Of a stretch of 40,340 bases of DNA, positions 18,645 through 25,943 are shown in pieces. The notes beneath the pieces were generated by a model, which searched no databases, was not told the DNA's origin, and saw nothing but the letters and a program-made list of their open reading frames with translations. The first letter of the stretch is position 1, and every line of letters begins with the position of its first letter. The stretch is from a virus. The stretch is taken from the UHGV virus genome UHGV-0384112, one strand, 5' to 3'. Made by a program: the position numbers and the translations under genes.

Positions 18645-19666
18645 AAAAGAAAATTACTATTACTGCGATGAGCCTGTTAACGGCTCTTTTTTTATTACCC
18701 ATTAATACGTTTGCTTATACTATTAATGACGAGTATAATTTAGCGCCGAATCAAGGAGACTCCAGATTAGCAATTCCTAACAAAATTATTTTGCACGAAA
18801 CTGGAATAGATGCACCAGCAAGAAACGTAGCCGCCAACATGAAAAATAATTATAACGGAAGCAATTCTTATACTACAGATGTTATTGGTGACGGTGGGAT
18901 TGTTTACCGTGTGGGTGAGCAAGGATATGTTTCGTGGGGAGCTGGTAACGCTAATCCTTATGCGCCTGTACAGATTGAATTACAGCGCACATATGATAAA
19001 GCATTGTTTGAAAAAAACTATCGAGCTTATATTGAATATACAAGAGATAGTGCAAAAAAATATGGAATTCCATTGACTCTTGATCAAGGAACTTCTTTAT
19101 TTACAAAAGGAATCATTTCTCATTTGTGGGTGACAAATTATGTTTGGGGGAACCACACAGATCCATATGGTTACTTATCGCAAATGGGAGTTAGCAAAGA
19201 AAAGCTTGCTTATGATTTAGCTCATGGATTTACCGATGAAAATCCAACAACTTCTGAAAACAAGCCTGTCATTGATCCAACACGAGCTGGTGCAGCTAAT
19301 CCTACGCTGACAGATGGAACAAATCACGCCCACATTGATCAGTTTGGGGAAATCGAAAACGCAAACTTGCATGTGGCTGGATGGCACATTGCTAACTATA
19401 AATACGAGTATATTTTCATTATGGACTACAATACTGGGAAAGAATTAGCTCGAGTAAGAGCTGATGGAATTTATAGACCAGATGTAAACCAAGCTTATAA
19501 TACTTCTGGAAATGTTGGTTATCATGTATCTTTCAATATGCGTAATTTTCCTAGTAAGAAAGTCTATGTAATGATGCGGGCAACGAATGATCCAGAGGGA
19601 AACACTAAAGGCGGTGCGCAAGATTTCCATGACAAACGTTGGTATTTAAATATTCCTAAACGATAA
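18641..19666 (+). CDS. endolysin, Amidase_2-like N-acetylmuramoyl-L-alanine amidase with an N-terminal Sec-type signal peptide and a C-terminal wall-binding domain
   Basis: MKKKITITAMSLLTALFLLPINTFA|YT is a signal peptide. IILHETG…SYTTDVIGDGGIVYRVGEQGY…GNANPYAPVQIEL resembles amidase_2/PGRP. Last gene of the late operon. Confidence 0.65.
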   Translation: MKKKITITAMSLLTALFLLPINTFAYTINDEYNLAPNQGDSRLAIPNKIILHETGIDAPARNVAANMKNNYNGSNSYTTDVIGDGGIVYRVGEQGYVSWGAGNANPYAPVQIELQRTYDKALFEKNYRAYIEYTRDSAKKYGIPLTLDQGTSLFTKGIISHLWVTNYVWGNHTDPYGYLSQMGVSKEKLAYDLAHGFTDENPTTSENKPVIDPTRAGAANPTLTDGTNHAHIDQFGEIENANLHVAGWHIANYKYEYIFIMDYNTGKELARVRADGIYRPDVNQAYNTSGNVGYHVSFNMRNFPSKKVYVMMRATNDPEGNTKGGAQDFHDKRWYLNIPKR

Positions 19667-19670
19667 AAAT

Positions 19671-19688
19671 AGCTCCTCGTTGAGGAGC
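19671..19688. terminator. hairpin GCTCCTC-gttg-GAGGAGC after the endolysin
   Basis: Perfect 7-bp stem. The U-tract lies on the minus-strand side only, so its function as a + strand terminator is uncertain. Confidence 0.35.
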
Positions 19689-19702
19689 AGTACATAACTA
19701 TA

Positions 19703-19732
19703 TTGACAACTATAAAAATTATTCGATAAAAT
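19703..19732 (+). promoter_or_regulatory. putative sigma-A promoter (TTGACA-N18-TAAAAT) upstream of the tRNA
   Basis: -35 at 19703-19708 and -10 at 19727-19732, seen directly. Confidence 0.35.
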
Positions 19733-19855
19733 AGTGATGTTATCGCATATCTTCACTATCACCCATAAATAGTCACACTCCAAGCTATGCGATAACAGGT
19801 TTGTTGCCACACATTCTACTGGTTGATTGTTTATGGCTTTATGTGGCAACAACCA

Positions 19856-19929
19856 GTACCCTTAGCTCAGTTGGTCAGAGCAGACGGCTCATAACCGTCC
19901 GGTCGTAGGTTCGAGTCCTACAGGGTACA
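19856..19929 (+). tRNA. tRNA-Met (or Ile2) with anticodon CAT
   Basis: Cloverleaf folded by hand. Acceptor GTACCCT/AGGGTAC, D-arm GCTC-AGTTGGTCA-GAGC, anticodon arm GACGG-CTCATAA-CCGTC, T-arm GTAGG-TTCGAGT-CCTAC, discriminator A. No CCA is encoded. The G1-C72 pair means elongator type. Confidence 0.8.
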
Positions 19930-20015
19930 TTAACGTAGCCATTTGAATCGTTCTGTGTTAGAATTTTTTTGAAGAGTATTATACAAGCTAAAGCTTTTCT
20001 TCATTGCCACTCAAA

Positions 20016-20040
20016 TGAGTGGCTTTTTTATGTATCCTTT
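20016..20040 (+). terminator. rho-independent terminator after the tRNA
   Basis: GCCACTC-aaat-GAGTGGC followed by TTTTTTA. Confidence 0.7.
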
Positions 20041-20152
20041 TATGGATTAATGAAAGGATGTTTCACATAGTTATACTTCTGTATATTTGAAAAGTTTTAC
20101 TTTGATTTTTAAATAGAAAGACATTTGGGTTAAATTGTGAGATAATAATAAA

Positions 20153-20212
20153 GAAGAGTTTAAAGCGCACCCCAAACCACTTCCCCATAAGTGTGTTACG
20201 CTTTAAACTCTT
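20153..20212. repeat. perfect 14-bp inverted repeat AAGAGTTTAAAGCG…CGCTTTAAACTCTT with a 31-nt GC-rich loop
   Basis: Seen directly in the AT-rich non-coding stretch. Function unknown. Confidence 0.5.
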
Positions 20213-20442
20213 TTATATTTGAAGCCATTAAAAAGCATACCATATTTTTGAAAAAAAGTGAGAAAAAAGGCTTACAATTGGAGTGGTAGTTAATTAGTGA
20301 CTTATTTTTGATTTTATAGCACTGATACTATAAAATATAGATATCATCATATTACACAATCTTAATACTAACTTAAAAAATATCTCCTTTCACAAGTATG
20401 GTGATAAAATTCGTTCCGGGCTACCTTTTTAGGTAGCCTACT

Positions 20443-20531
20443 TTAATCTTTATACCTTTCTGGATCAACGAAAGTATACTTTATATAGTCATAACGCCGA
20501 TGATCGCTACGTGCGTCCGGCACGTCAGTCA
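20443..20531. repeat. 89-bp direct repeat, copy 1 (about 97% identical to 23923..24011); 3'-end fragment of the minus-strand gene at 23923..24225
   Basis: Manual alignment with two mismatches. Read on the minus strand it encodes …TDVPDARSDHRRYDYIKYTFVDPERYK plus the stop. It ends exactly at the left end of the IS. Confidence 0.85.
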
Positions 20532-20605
20532 TGAATCGGCTACACTAGACTAGACAGAAAAAATAAGGTGTGTAGAATAATAAAAAACACACTGGAGGAT
20601 TTTTC

Positions 20606-20896
20606 ATGTCAAGACGTCAACGAAGAACCTATTCAAAAGAATTCAAACAACAAATCGTCGATCTCTATCTCGCTGGTAAGCCTCGCGCAGAAATTATTCG
20701 AGAGTATGAGCTTACGCCTTCTTCTTTCGATAAATGGATGAAGCAAGCACAATCAACGGGCTCATTCAAAGAAAGAGACAACTTAACACCAGAACAAGCA
20801 GAATTGATCGCACTAAGAAAGAAAAATAAGCAACTCGAAATGGAGAATGATATTTTAAAGCAAGCGGCGCTGATATTCGGACGAAAAGACAAGTAA
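20606..20896 (+). CDS. IS3-family transposase OrfA (HTH)
   Basis: 96 aa containing the IS3 OrfA leucine-zipper/HTH pattern (KEFKQQIVDLY…LEMENDILKQA). Confidence 0.8.
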   Translation: MSRRQRRTYSKEFKQQIVDLYLAGKPRAEIIREYELTPSSFDKWMKQAQSTGSFKERDNLTPEQAELIALRKKNKQLEMENDILKQAALIFGRKDK

Positions 20897-21768
20897 TTGA
20901 TGCCAACAAGCATAAATATTCCATATCAGCGATGTGCAAAATTCTAAATATTTCTCGTCAAACCTACTATTATCAAGCGAAACCGATCGAAAATGAGTCC
21001 GACTTAGAAGAGATCGTTCAGGAAGAGTTTATTCGAAACCGAAAGGCTTACGGTACCCGAAAATTGAAGAAGTGTTTAGCAAAGCGTGGGCTTCAACTCA
21101 GTCGGCGCCGAATCGGTCGAATCATGAAACGCCGCGGATTGACATCTACCTATACGATCGCTCATTTTAAAGGGCAACGAACAGCTTGTAATGAAGCGAA
21201 AACAGCGAATGTATTAGATCGGACCTTTACACAAGAACAGCCATTGGAAGCCATCGTTACGGATCTTACTTATGTTCGCGTGGGGAAAAAGTGGCATTAT
21301 ATCTGCTTAATACTTGATTTGTTTAATCGAGAAATTATTGGTTATTCCTGTGGTGAGAAGAAAGATGCCTCATTGGTAAAAGAAGCCTTTGGACGGATAC
21401 CGTATTCTTTAACAGACGTCAAGCTTTTTCATACAGACCGGGGAAAGGAATTTGATAACCAAACCATTCATGAGATTCTGAATGGTTTTGGAATTACTCG
21501 TTCATTGAGTAGGAAGGGTTGTCCGTATGATAATGCCGTTGTGGAATCAACCTATAAATCTGTCAAAGTAGAATTCGTGCATCAATACCAATTTGAGACA
21601 CTGGCACAGCTACGTCTAGAATTGTTTGATTATGTGCATTGGTGGAACTATCTACGCTTACATGGCACGTTGGCGTATGAAACACCGATCCAAATTCGAC
21701 AACAGAGATTGGCGAAGCGAATCCTTGATAATGAGCGCGGATCTGATACCTCTGGAGAGGCAGCGTAA
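20851..21768 (+). CDS. IS3-family transposase OrfB (DDE integrase domain); probably expressed as an OrfAB fusion via -1 frameshift near 20884-20888 (A_AAA_AG)
   Basis: The -1 frame is open from 20851, and the first ATG is at 20932. DDE-domain hallmarks such as HTDRGKEF, and the C-terminal pattern LHGTLAYETP typical of IS3 transposases. Confidence 0.75.
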   Translation, partial: YFKASGADIRTKRQVIDANKHKYSISAMCKILNISRQTYYYQAKPIENESDLEEIVQEEFIRNRKAYGTRKLKKCLAKRGLQLSRRRIGRIMKRRGLTSTYTIAHFKGQRTACNEAKTANVLDRTFTQEQPLEAIVTDLTYVRVGKKWHYICLILDLFNREIIGYSCGEKKDASLVKEAFGRIPYSLTDVKLFHTDRGKEFDNQTIHEILNGFGITRSLSRKGCPYDNAVVESTYKSVKVEFVHQYQFETLAQLRLELFDYVHWWNYLRLHGTLAYETPIQIRQQRLAKRILDNERGSDTSGEAA

Positions 21769-21855
21769 TTGAATGATTGTGCTTCTGCCGGAGAAAATCA
21801 GATCCGAGGATGCTCATTGTCAAGGGCAATCGTAGCCATAACACCGCAGCATTCA

Positions 21856-22400
21856 CAACACCTTATAATTTTTGTCAAAAAAAGTGTTGCCATTCCACTT
21901 TTTTTAAATATGCGTTCTCTGCTCTTAAACGAATAACTTCTTCTTCAAGAGACTCATCTTTAAGTTTTTTAGGAATGTTTAGCTTGGAATTCATACTAAT
22001 TTTTCTGCCCCTTTTTTGGCTCTCAAGTGAAGAAGCACCGCCTTCTTCATATTGCTCTATCCATTTACTTAGAGTTCTATTTGAACCGATATTAAATTTT
22101 TTAGCAGTTTCTTGGATAGAAAGACCATTTGTTTCCATATATTCTATAACATCAAGTTTAAATTTTGTAGTGTAGCTTTTGCCACCTCCAACCAAGCCTT
22201 CCCAACCATGATAGTTATAAATCCTTACCCAATGTCTAACCAGTGTACGATTTATTTGATATTTATGTGCAAGATATTTGTAGCCGCCTTCGTTATTTAA
22301 ATAGTCTGAAACTACTTTTTTCTTAAAAACAAATGTATATTTCCGCAAAAAAAGCACCCCTTTTAATTAGATTTCTAGTCTAACTTTTGGGGTGCACATC
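21856..22400 (-). mobile_element. truncated IS3-family (IS150-group-like) element; its orfB was lost or displaced by the neighbouring IS
   Basis: An intact IS150-like orfA with no orfB downstream. The downstream side is occupied by the other IS. There is an inverted repeat GCACCCC…GGGGTGC near 22346-22395. Confidence 0.5.
21875..22357 (-). CDS. IS150-like transposase OrfA (remnant element)
   Basis: 160 aa containing HTH_Tnp patterns (FKLDVIEYMETNGLSIQETAKKFNI). Confidence 0.7.
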   Translation of the reverse strand: MLFLRKYTFVFKKKVVSDYLNNEGGYKYLAHKYQINRTLVRHWVRIYNYHGWEGLVGGGKSYTTKFKLDVIEYMETNGLSIQETAKKFNIGSNRTLSKWIEQYEEGGASSLESQKRGRKISMNSKLNIPKKLKDESLEEEVIRLRAENAYLKKVEWQHFF

Positions 22401-22691
22401 ATTTTTGAGGGGAAGTACATATAGTTGTTGATATAGTTGCTAATATTGTTAGCTAATTTGTTAGTAAAACTGTATACGAATTTAGATAGTAAAAAAACAG
22501 TTTGTTCCTTATATAGAGGCACTTTTACTACTGATTAAATGTCAGATATGCTTACAAATATACTTATAAATATGCTTACAAAATTAGCTAATATTTCCGT
22601 TGACAAAGCTTTGTTACTATTGTTAAACTAAATTGACTAGCAAAAGTGAAACATAAATTTATTAAATAAATGTAAAAATTAGGAGAAATCA

Positions 22692-23099
22692 ATGTCTTAT
22701 AGAGTACAATTAATAATTTCAGAAGATGTAGAAAGTCAGCAATTTGGCACTAATGTTATTAATAAAGTAATTAATCCAGCTCTTTCTATTAATGCGCCTT
22801 TAATTCCTACTGCTTTATCATTTTCTGTAACAGCTGTGGTGTCTGAGATAGAGGATACAGAAAAGATAAAAATAGTAGAAATTGAAGTTTTAAACAAGAA
22901 TGAAAAACAAATTTTTTCTACGGGTGAAGTATCGGTAAGCTTGCCTCCTCAAGTTAACGATATAAACTTTAATATAAACGCCAGAAATGTCTTGGTTGAA
23001 GAAGCAGGAGAGCATTATGCTGTTGTTAAATTTAATGGAACTGAGATTGGAAGGCAAATCTTTGATATCAAGGTCAACAAACCAGTGGAAAAAAATTAA
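22692..23099 (+). CDS. hypothetical beta-rich protein (cassette gene 1)
   Basis: 135 aa with RBS AGGAG 7 nt before the ATG. First gene of the three-gene moron cassette. Confidence 0.5.
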   Translation: MSYRVQLIISEDVESQQFGTNVINKVINPALSINAPLIPTALSFSVTAVVSEIEDTEKIKIVEIEVLNKNEKQIFSTGEVSVSLPPQVNDINFNINARNVLVEEAGEHYAVVKFNGTEIGRQIFDIKVNKPVEKN

Positions 23100-23112
23100 G
23101 GAGACGATACGG

Positions 23113-23514
23113 ATGCTTGATATAGTACCATCAAATACACATCGGAGTGGTAGCTTAATAAATTTTGCTGCGATTTTTGCTTGCGCATCGGTAATTCTAG
23201 CATCTCCAGTTGTTGTGGATGCAAGTTCTACTCCGAAAACTAAAAATGATAATCAACTTGTAATTACTACAAAAAATGAGATTAACACAATTTCAAGTAA
23301 TGATGGCAAAATTTTTGATGTGATAAATACGGTTTTAAAAAGAAAAGCTGAAATCAATATAAAATATGATGAAGATTTAAACTTGTATTTCTTTGTTATC
23401 AAAACAACATCTGAATTGTTTTCCTCAGATTACGATGTTTTGGATACTCTCGATAATGTATTATCTGACTATAAATATATGGGGAAATCTGTAGTAGCAA
23501 CTTTGGGGGAATAA
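23113..23514 (+). CDS. hypothetical membrane-anchored protein (cassette gene 2)
   Basis: RBS AAGGAG before ATG 23113. One hydrophobic helix (LINFAAIFACASVILASPVVV) near the N-terminus. Confidence 0.5.
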   Translation: MLDIVPSNTHRSGSLINFAAIFACASVILASPVVVDASSTPKTKNDNQLVITTKNEINTISSNDGKIFDVINTVLKRKAEINIKYDEDLNLYFFVIKTTSELFSSDYDVLDTLDNVLSDYKYMGKSVVATLGE

Positions 23515-23515
23515 A

Positions 23516-23887
23516 ATGTTTGACTTTAATGAATATTTATCTATTTCCAAACAAATTGAATCAGATGATAAATATAATTCTAAAGAATCTTATAGAAGAA
23601 CTGCTGTTTCAAGAGCATACTACAGTGCTTTTAAAAAATCTGATGAGTATTTGAAAGAAAATTATGATATTATTTATAATGGAAGTAGCGGAAAAGGAAG
23701 CCACCAAACCGTTTGGAATTTGTTTTCAACAGTTAAGGAATTGAATACCTTAGGAATACATAATAGTGGGTATAGAATGTTAGAGAAAAGAAAATGTGCT
23801 GACTATATTCCTAATGAAACCATTACGAAAACAGATATGGCGCTGATGAATCGAGAAGCAGAAAAAATAATAAACAAACTCACCTAA
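23516..23887 (+). CDS. HEPN-like domain protein (cassette gene 3)
   Basis: The start is 2 nt after the upstream stop. Helix-1 motif RRTAVSRAYYSAFKK, a mid His (GSHQTVWNLF) and a C-terminal R-x4-Y (RKCADYIPNE) followed by an acidic helix resemble PF05168-type HEPN. Motif-level only. Confidence 0.4.
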   Translation: MFDFNEYLSISKQIESDDKYNSKESYRRTAVSRAYYSAFKKSDEYLKENYDIIYNGSSGKGSHQTVWNLFSTVKELNTLGIHNSGYRMLEKRKCADYIPNETITKTDMALMNREAEKIINKLT

Positions 23888-23922
23888 TGAATTTCAAGCG
23901 AGTTTGTTTGTTATTTTTTTAT

Positions 23923-24011
23923 TTAATCTTTGTATCTTTCTGGATCAACGAAAGTATACTTTATATAGTCATAACGCCGATGATCGCTACGTGCGTCCGG
24001 CACGTCAGTCA
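23923..24011. repeat. 89-bp direct repeat, copy 2
   Basis: See copy 1. Confidence 0.85.
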
Positions 24012-24225
24012 CGATATCAAACAAAAAGTATACACCCTTCTTCATTCTAGTTTTCGCAGCAGGAATTTTGAAATAGTTCTTATTAGAATAGTAGAGATTG
24101 ATTAATAAGCTATCTTCGATTGCTAAAAAGAAAACTTCTGAATTCCATACTTTATAAAAATCTTTGATAAATCTATTCGAAGGGTCAAATTTAAACCATA
24201 ATTGTGTTTTTCCTTCCATCAGCAT
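23923..24225 (-). CDS. hypothetical protein whose 3' end is duplicated at 20443..20531
   Basis: 100 aa with no recognisable motifs. It contains repeat copy 2. Confidence 0.5.
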   Translation of the reverse strand: MLMEGKTQLWFKFDPSNRFIKDFYKVWNSEVFFLAIEDSLLINLYYSNKNYFKIPAAKTRMKKGVYFLFDIVTDVPDARSDHRRYDYIKYTFVDPERYKD

Positions 24226-24311
24226 AAAAGTTCACCTCAAAAAGAGTATACGAACGAATGTTCTTTTTGTGAAGGCGGAATTTAATATACTGAATAATAG
24301 AAAACAAGTAC

Positions 24312-24508
24312 TTGTGCCAAATTATGTGCCAAAAAAATTCGAATTCAACAAAATGTAAACAAATAGAAAACCTTCTATATTAAGATTTCCTGCAATAACA
24401 AACACAACAGAAGACGTGTAATAGTTAGTCAGGAACGTATAAATAACCCCTGTATCCTTTGCGGTACAGGGGTTTGTTTTGTATTTGTGCCAAAAATGTG
24501 CCAAACTA
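24312..24508. repeat. four copies of TGTGCCAAA in two tandem pairs (24313-24334 and 24487-24508) flanking a hairpin; candidate arm-type integrase-binding sites / attP region
   Basis: Seen directly. Immediately 3' of the integrase gene, where attP usually lies. Confidence 0.4.
24449..24482 (+). terminator. rho-independent terminator (CCCCTGTA-tcctttgcgg-TACAGGGG + TTTGTTTT)
   Basis: Seen directly. It lies between the two TGTGCCAAA repeat pairs. Confidence 0.55.
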
Positions 24509-25675
24509 GTTATCATTTTTATATAAACTATCGAACACAGTATTGATTTTTTCTTTATCCTGATCTTCAAGCTCTCGAACAATATGAAGATAAGTAGACA
24601 TTGTAGTTTCTAAACTGCTATGTCCTAAACGTTTCGATACGCTAAGTATATTTACTCCTTGATAAAGTAAAATAGATGCATGTGTATGCCTTAGTCCATG
24701 CAAAGTAAATTGCTTTTCAATCCCTAATTCTTTTAATTTTTTGCGCAAATATTTGCTGACGGCGTTTGATGAAACTAATCCATTTTTTAAGTTGAAAAAA
24801 ACAAAATTATGAGGGTTTTTGATTTCAAAATTCTCGAATAATTCTTTTTGATTGATTTTAAACTTTTTTAAGAGATCAATCGTATGTTTATCAATGGAAA
24901 TTTTCCTATTTGAAGTTTCGTTTTTTGTTTTTCCCCATTCATTTAATTTATAATTCCATGTTTTATTAATAGTGATGATTTGATCTTCGAAATCGATATC
25001 TTCCCATGTTAATCCTAGAAGTTCAGCAAATCGCATTCCAGTGGCACCAGCAACTAACACGAGCATAGGAGAAGAGTACTGCGCAGAAAGGTTTTCTTCT
25101 ACGAGTTTCATTAAAGATTTAAATTGATCATAATCTAAATATTTATCTTCTTTTGGCTTCAATGAATCTTTTCCTTTGATTACTGCTTTTCTAGTTGGAT
25201 CAAACGGAATTAATCCTTCTTCTACGGCATCTTTCAACGACGCTCTAATATGGTTATTAAACTTAATAACGGTAGATTTTACATGGTCTTTAGCATACTT
25301 ATTTAAAAAGCGTTGATATCCCACTCTATCTAAATCAGAAATCAATACCGCTGGCATATATTTCTTTATGTTCATTAACGTATCTTCGTATTTTCTATAA
25401 GTGATAGGAGATACTGTTCCTTCTTTATAAAGTTGCATCCAATCCTCAAAGTAATCTGATAATAATAGATTTTTGCGATCCCCTTTAAGGCCTTTGTTCA
25501 AGTTATATTCTAATTCGTTGGCGGCATCTTTTGCTTCTCCTTTTGTCTTAAATCCTGATTTTCTTATCTTCGTGTATTTTCCGTCATCTTTTTTGTATGA
25601 AATTTCGTATTGCCAACTATTTCCACGTTTGACTAATCTTGCCATAATTGAATCAGCTCTCTTTCTCTGATACAA
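24506..25675 (-). CDS. int: tyrosine site-specific integrase
   Basis: 389 aa. The C-terminal catalytic region contains R…HGLRHTHASILL…LGHSSLETTMSTYLH (R-H-R-Y). Confidence 0.9.
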   Translation of the reverse strand: MYQRKRADSIMARLVKRGNSWQYEISYKKDDGKYTKIRKSGFKTKGEAKDAANELEYNLNKGLKGDRKNLLLSDYFEDWMQLYKEGTVSPITYRKYEDTLMNIKKYMPAVLISDLDRVGYQRFLNKYAKDHVKSTVIKFNNHIRASLKDAVEEGLIPFDPTRKAVIKGKDSLKPKEDKYLDYDQFKSLMKLVEENLSAQYSSPMLVLVAGATGMRFAELLGLTWEDIDFEDQIITINKTWNYKLNEWGKTKNETSNRKISIDKHTIDLLKKFKINQKELFENFEIKNPHNFVFFNLKNGLVSSNAVSKYLRKKLKELGIEKQFTLHGLRHTHASILLYQGVNILSVSKRLGHSSLETTMSTYLHIVRELEDQDKEKINTVFDSLYKNDN

Positions 25676-25719
25676 TAGGAACTATAAAGAAGCCCATTGT
25701 TTGGGTTTTATTATTTTTT

Positions 25720-25755
25720 GCACATCCTTTTTGCTTGCCGGCGCAAGGATGTGCT
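25720..25755. other. 10-bp perfect inverted repeat GCACATCCTT…AAGGATGTGC upstream of int
   Basis: Seen directly. Candidate terminator or operator. Confidence 0.35.
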
Positions 25756-25943
25756 ATTTGTCGTTTTAATGGTATAATTGGATGTGTATTAGATCATCCA
25801 ATCAGAGGTGTTTATTATGATTAAAGTGATTTTTAAAAGAATAACTGAACTTCCAGAGTTTAGATTATTTGTTGATTATTGGTATGTCTGGTTTTTTATT
25901 GTTGCATTGCTGATAGGTCTAGATGTCATATTAGAAAGAAAAC

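Larger units (their letters stand above)
20532..21855 (+). mobile_element. IS3-family insertion sequence (orfA+orfB; about 1.3 kb, ends approximate)
   Basis: orfA and orfB lie in 0/-1 frames. It begins with TGAAT…, and the proposed right end is …ATTCA. The terminal inverted repeats are weak, so the bounds are approximate. Confidence 0.65.

Noticed and set aside
19646-19852. Minus-strand 68-aa ORF spanning the lysin terminator and the tRNA leader
   Set aside because: It covers the promoter and inverted-repeat leader of the tRNA and has no RBS. Non-coding.
19856-19929. Considered whether the tRNA is initiator tRNA-fMet
   Set aside because: The G1-C72 pair is intact and the anticodon stem lacks the three consecutive G-C pairs diagnostic of initiators. 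It is elongator Met or Ile2(CAT).
21563-22300. ORFs 21563..21856 (-), 21777..22175 (+) and 22112..22300 (+)
   Set aside because: Each lies antisense to a transposase gene (IS3 orfB or IS150-like orfA). They are spurious.
24164-24358. Plus-strand 64-aa ORF between the orphan gene and attP
   Set aside because: No RBS, a low-complexity product, and it overlaps the TGTGCCAAA repeat block. Probably non-coding att DNA.
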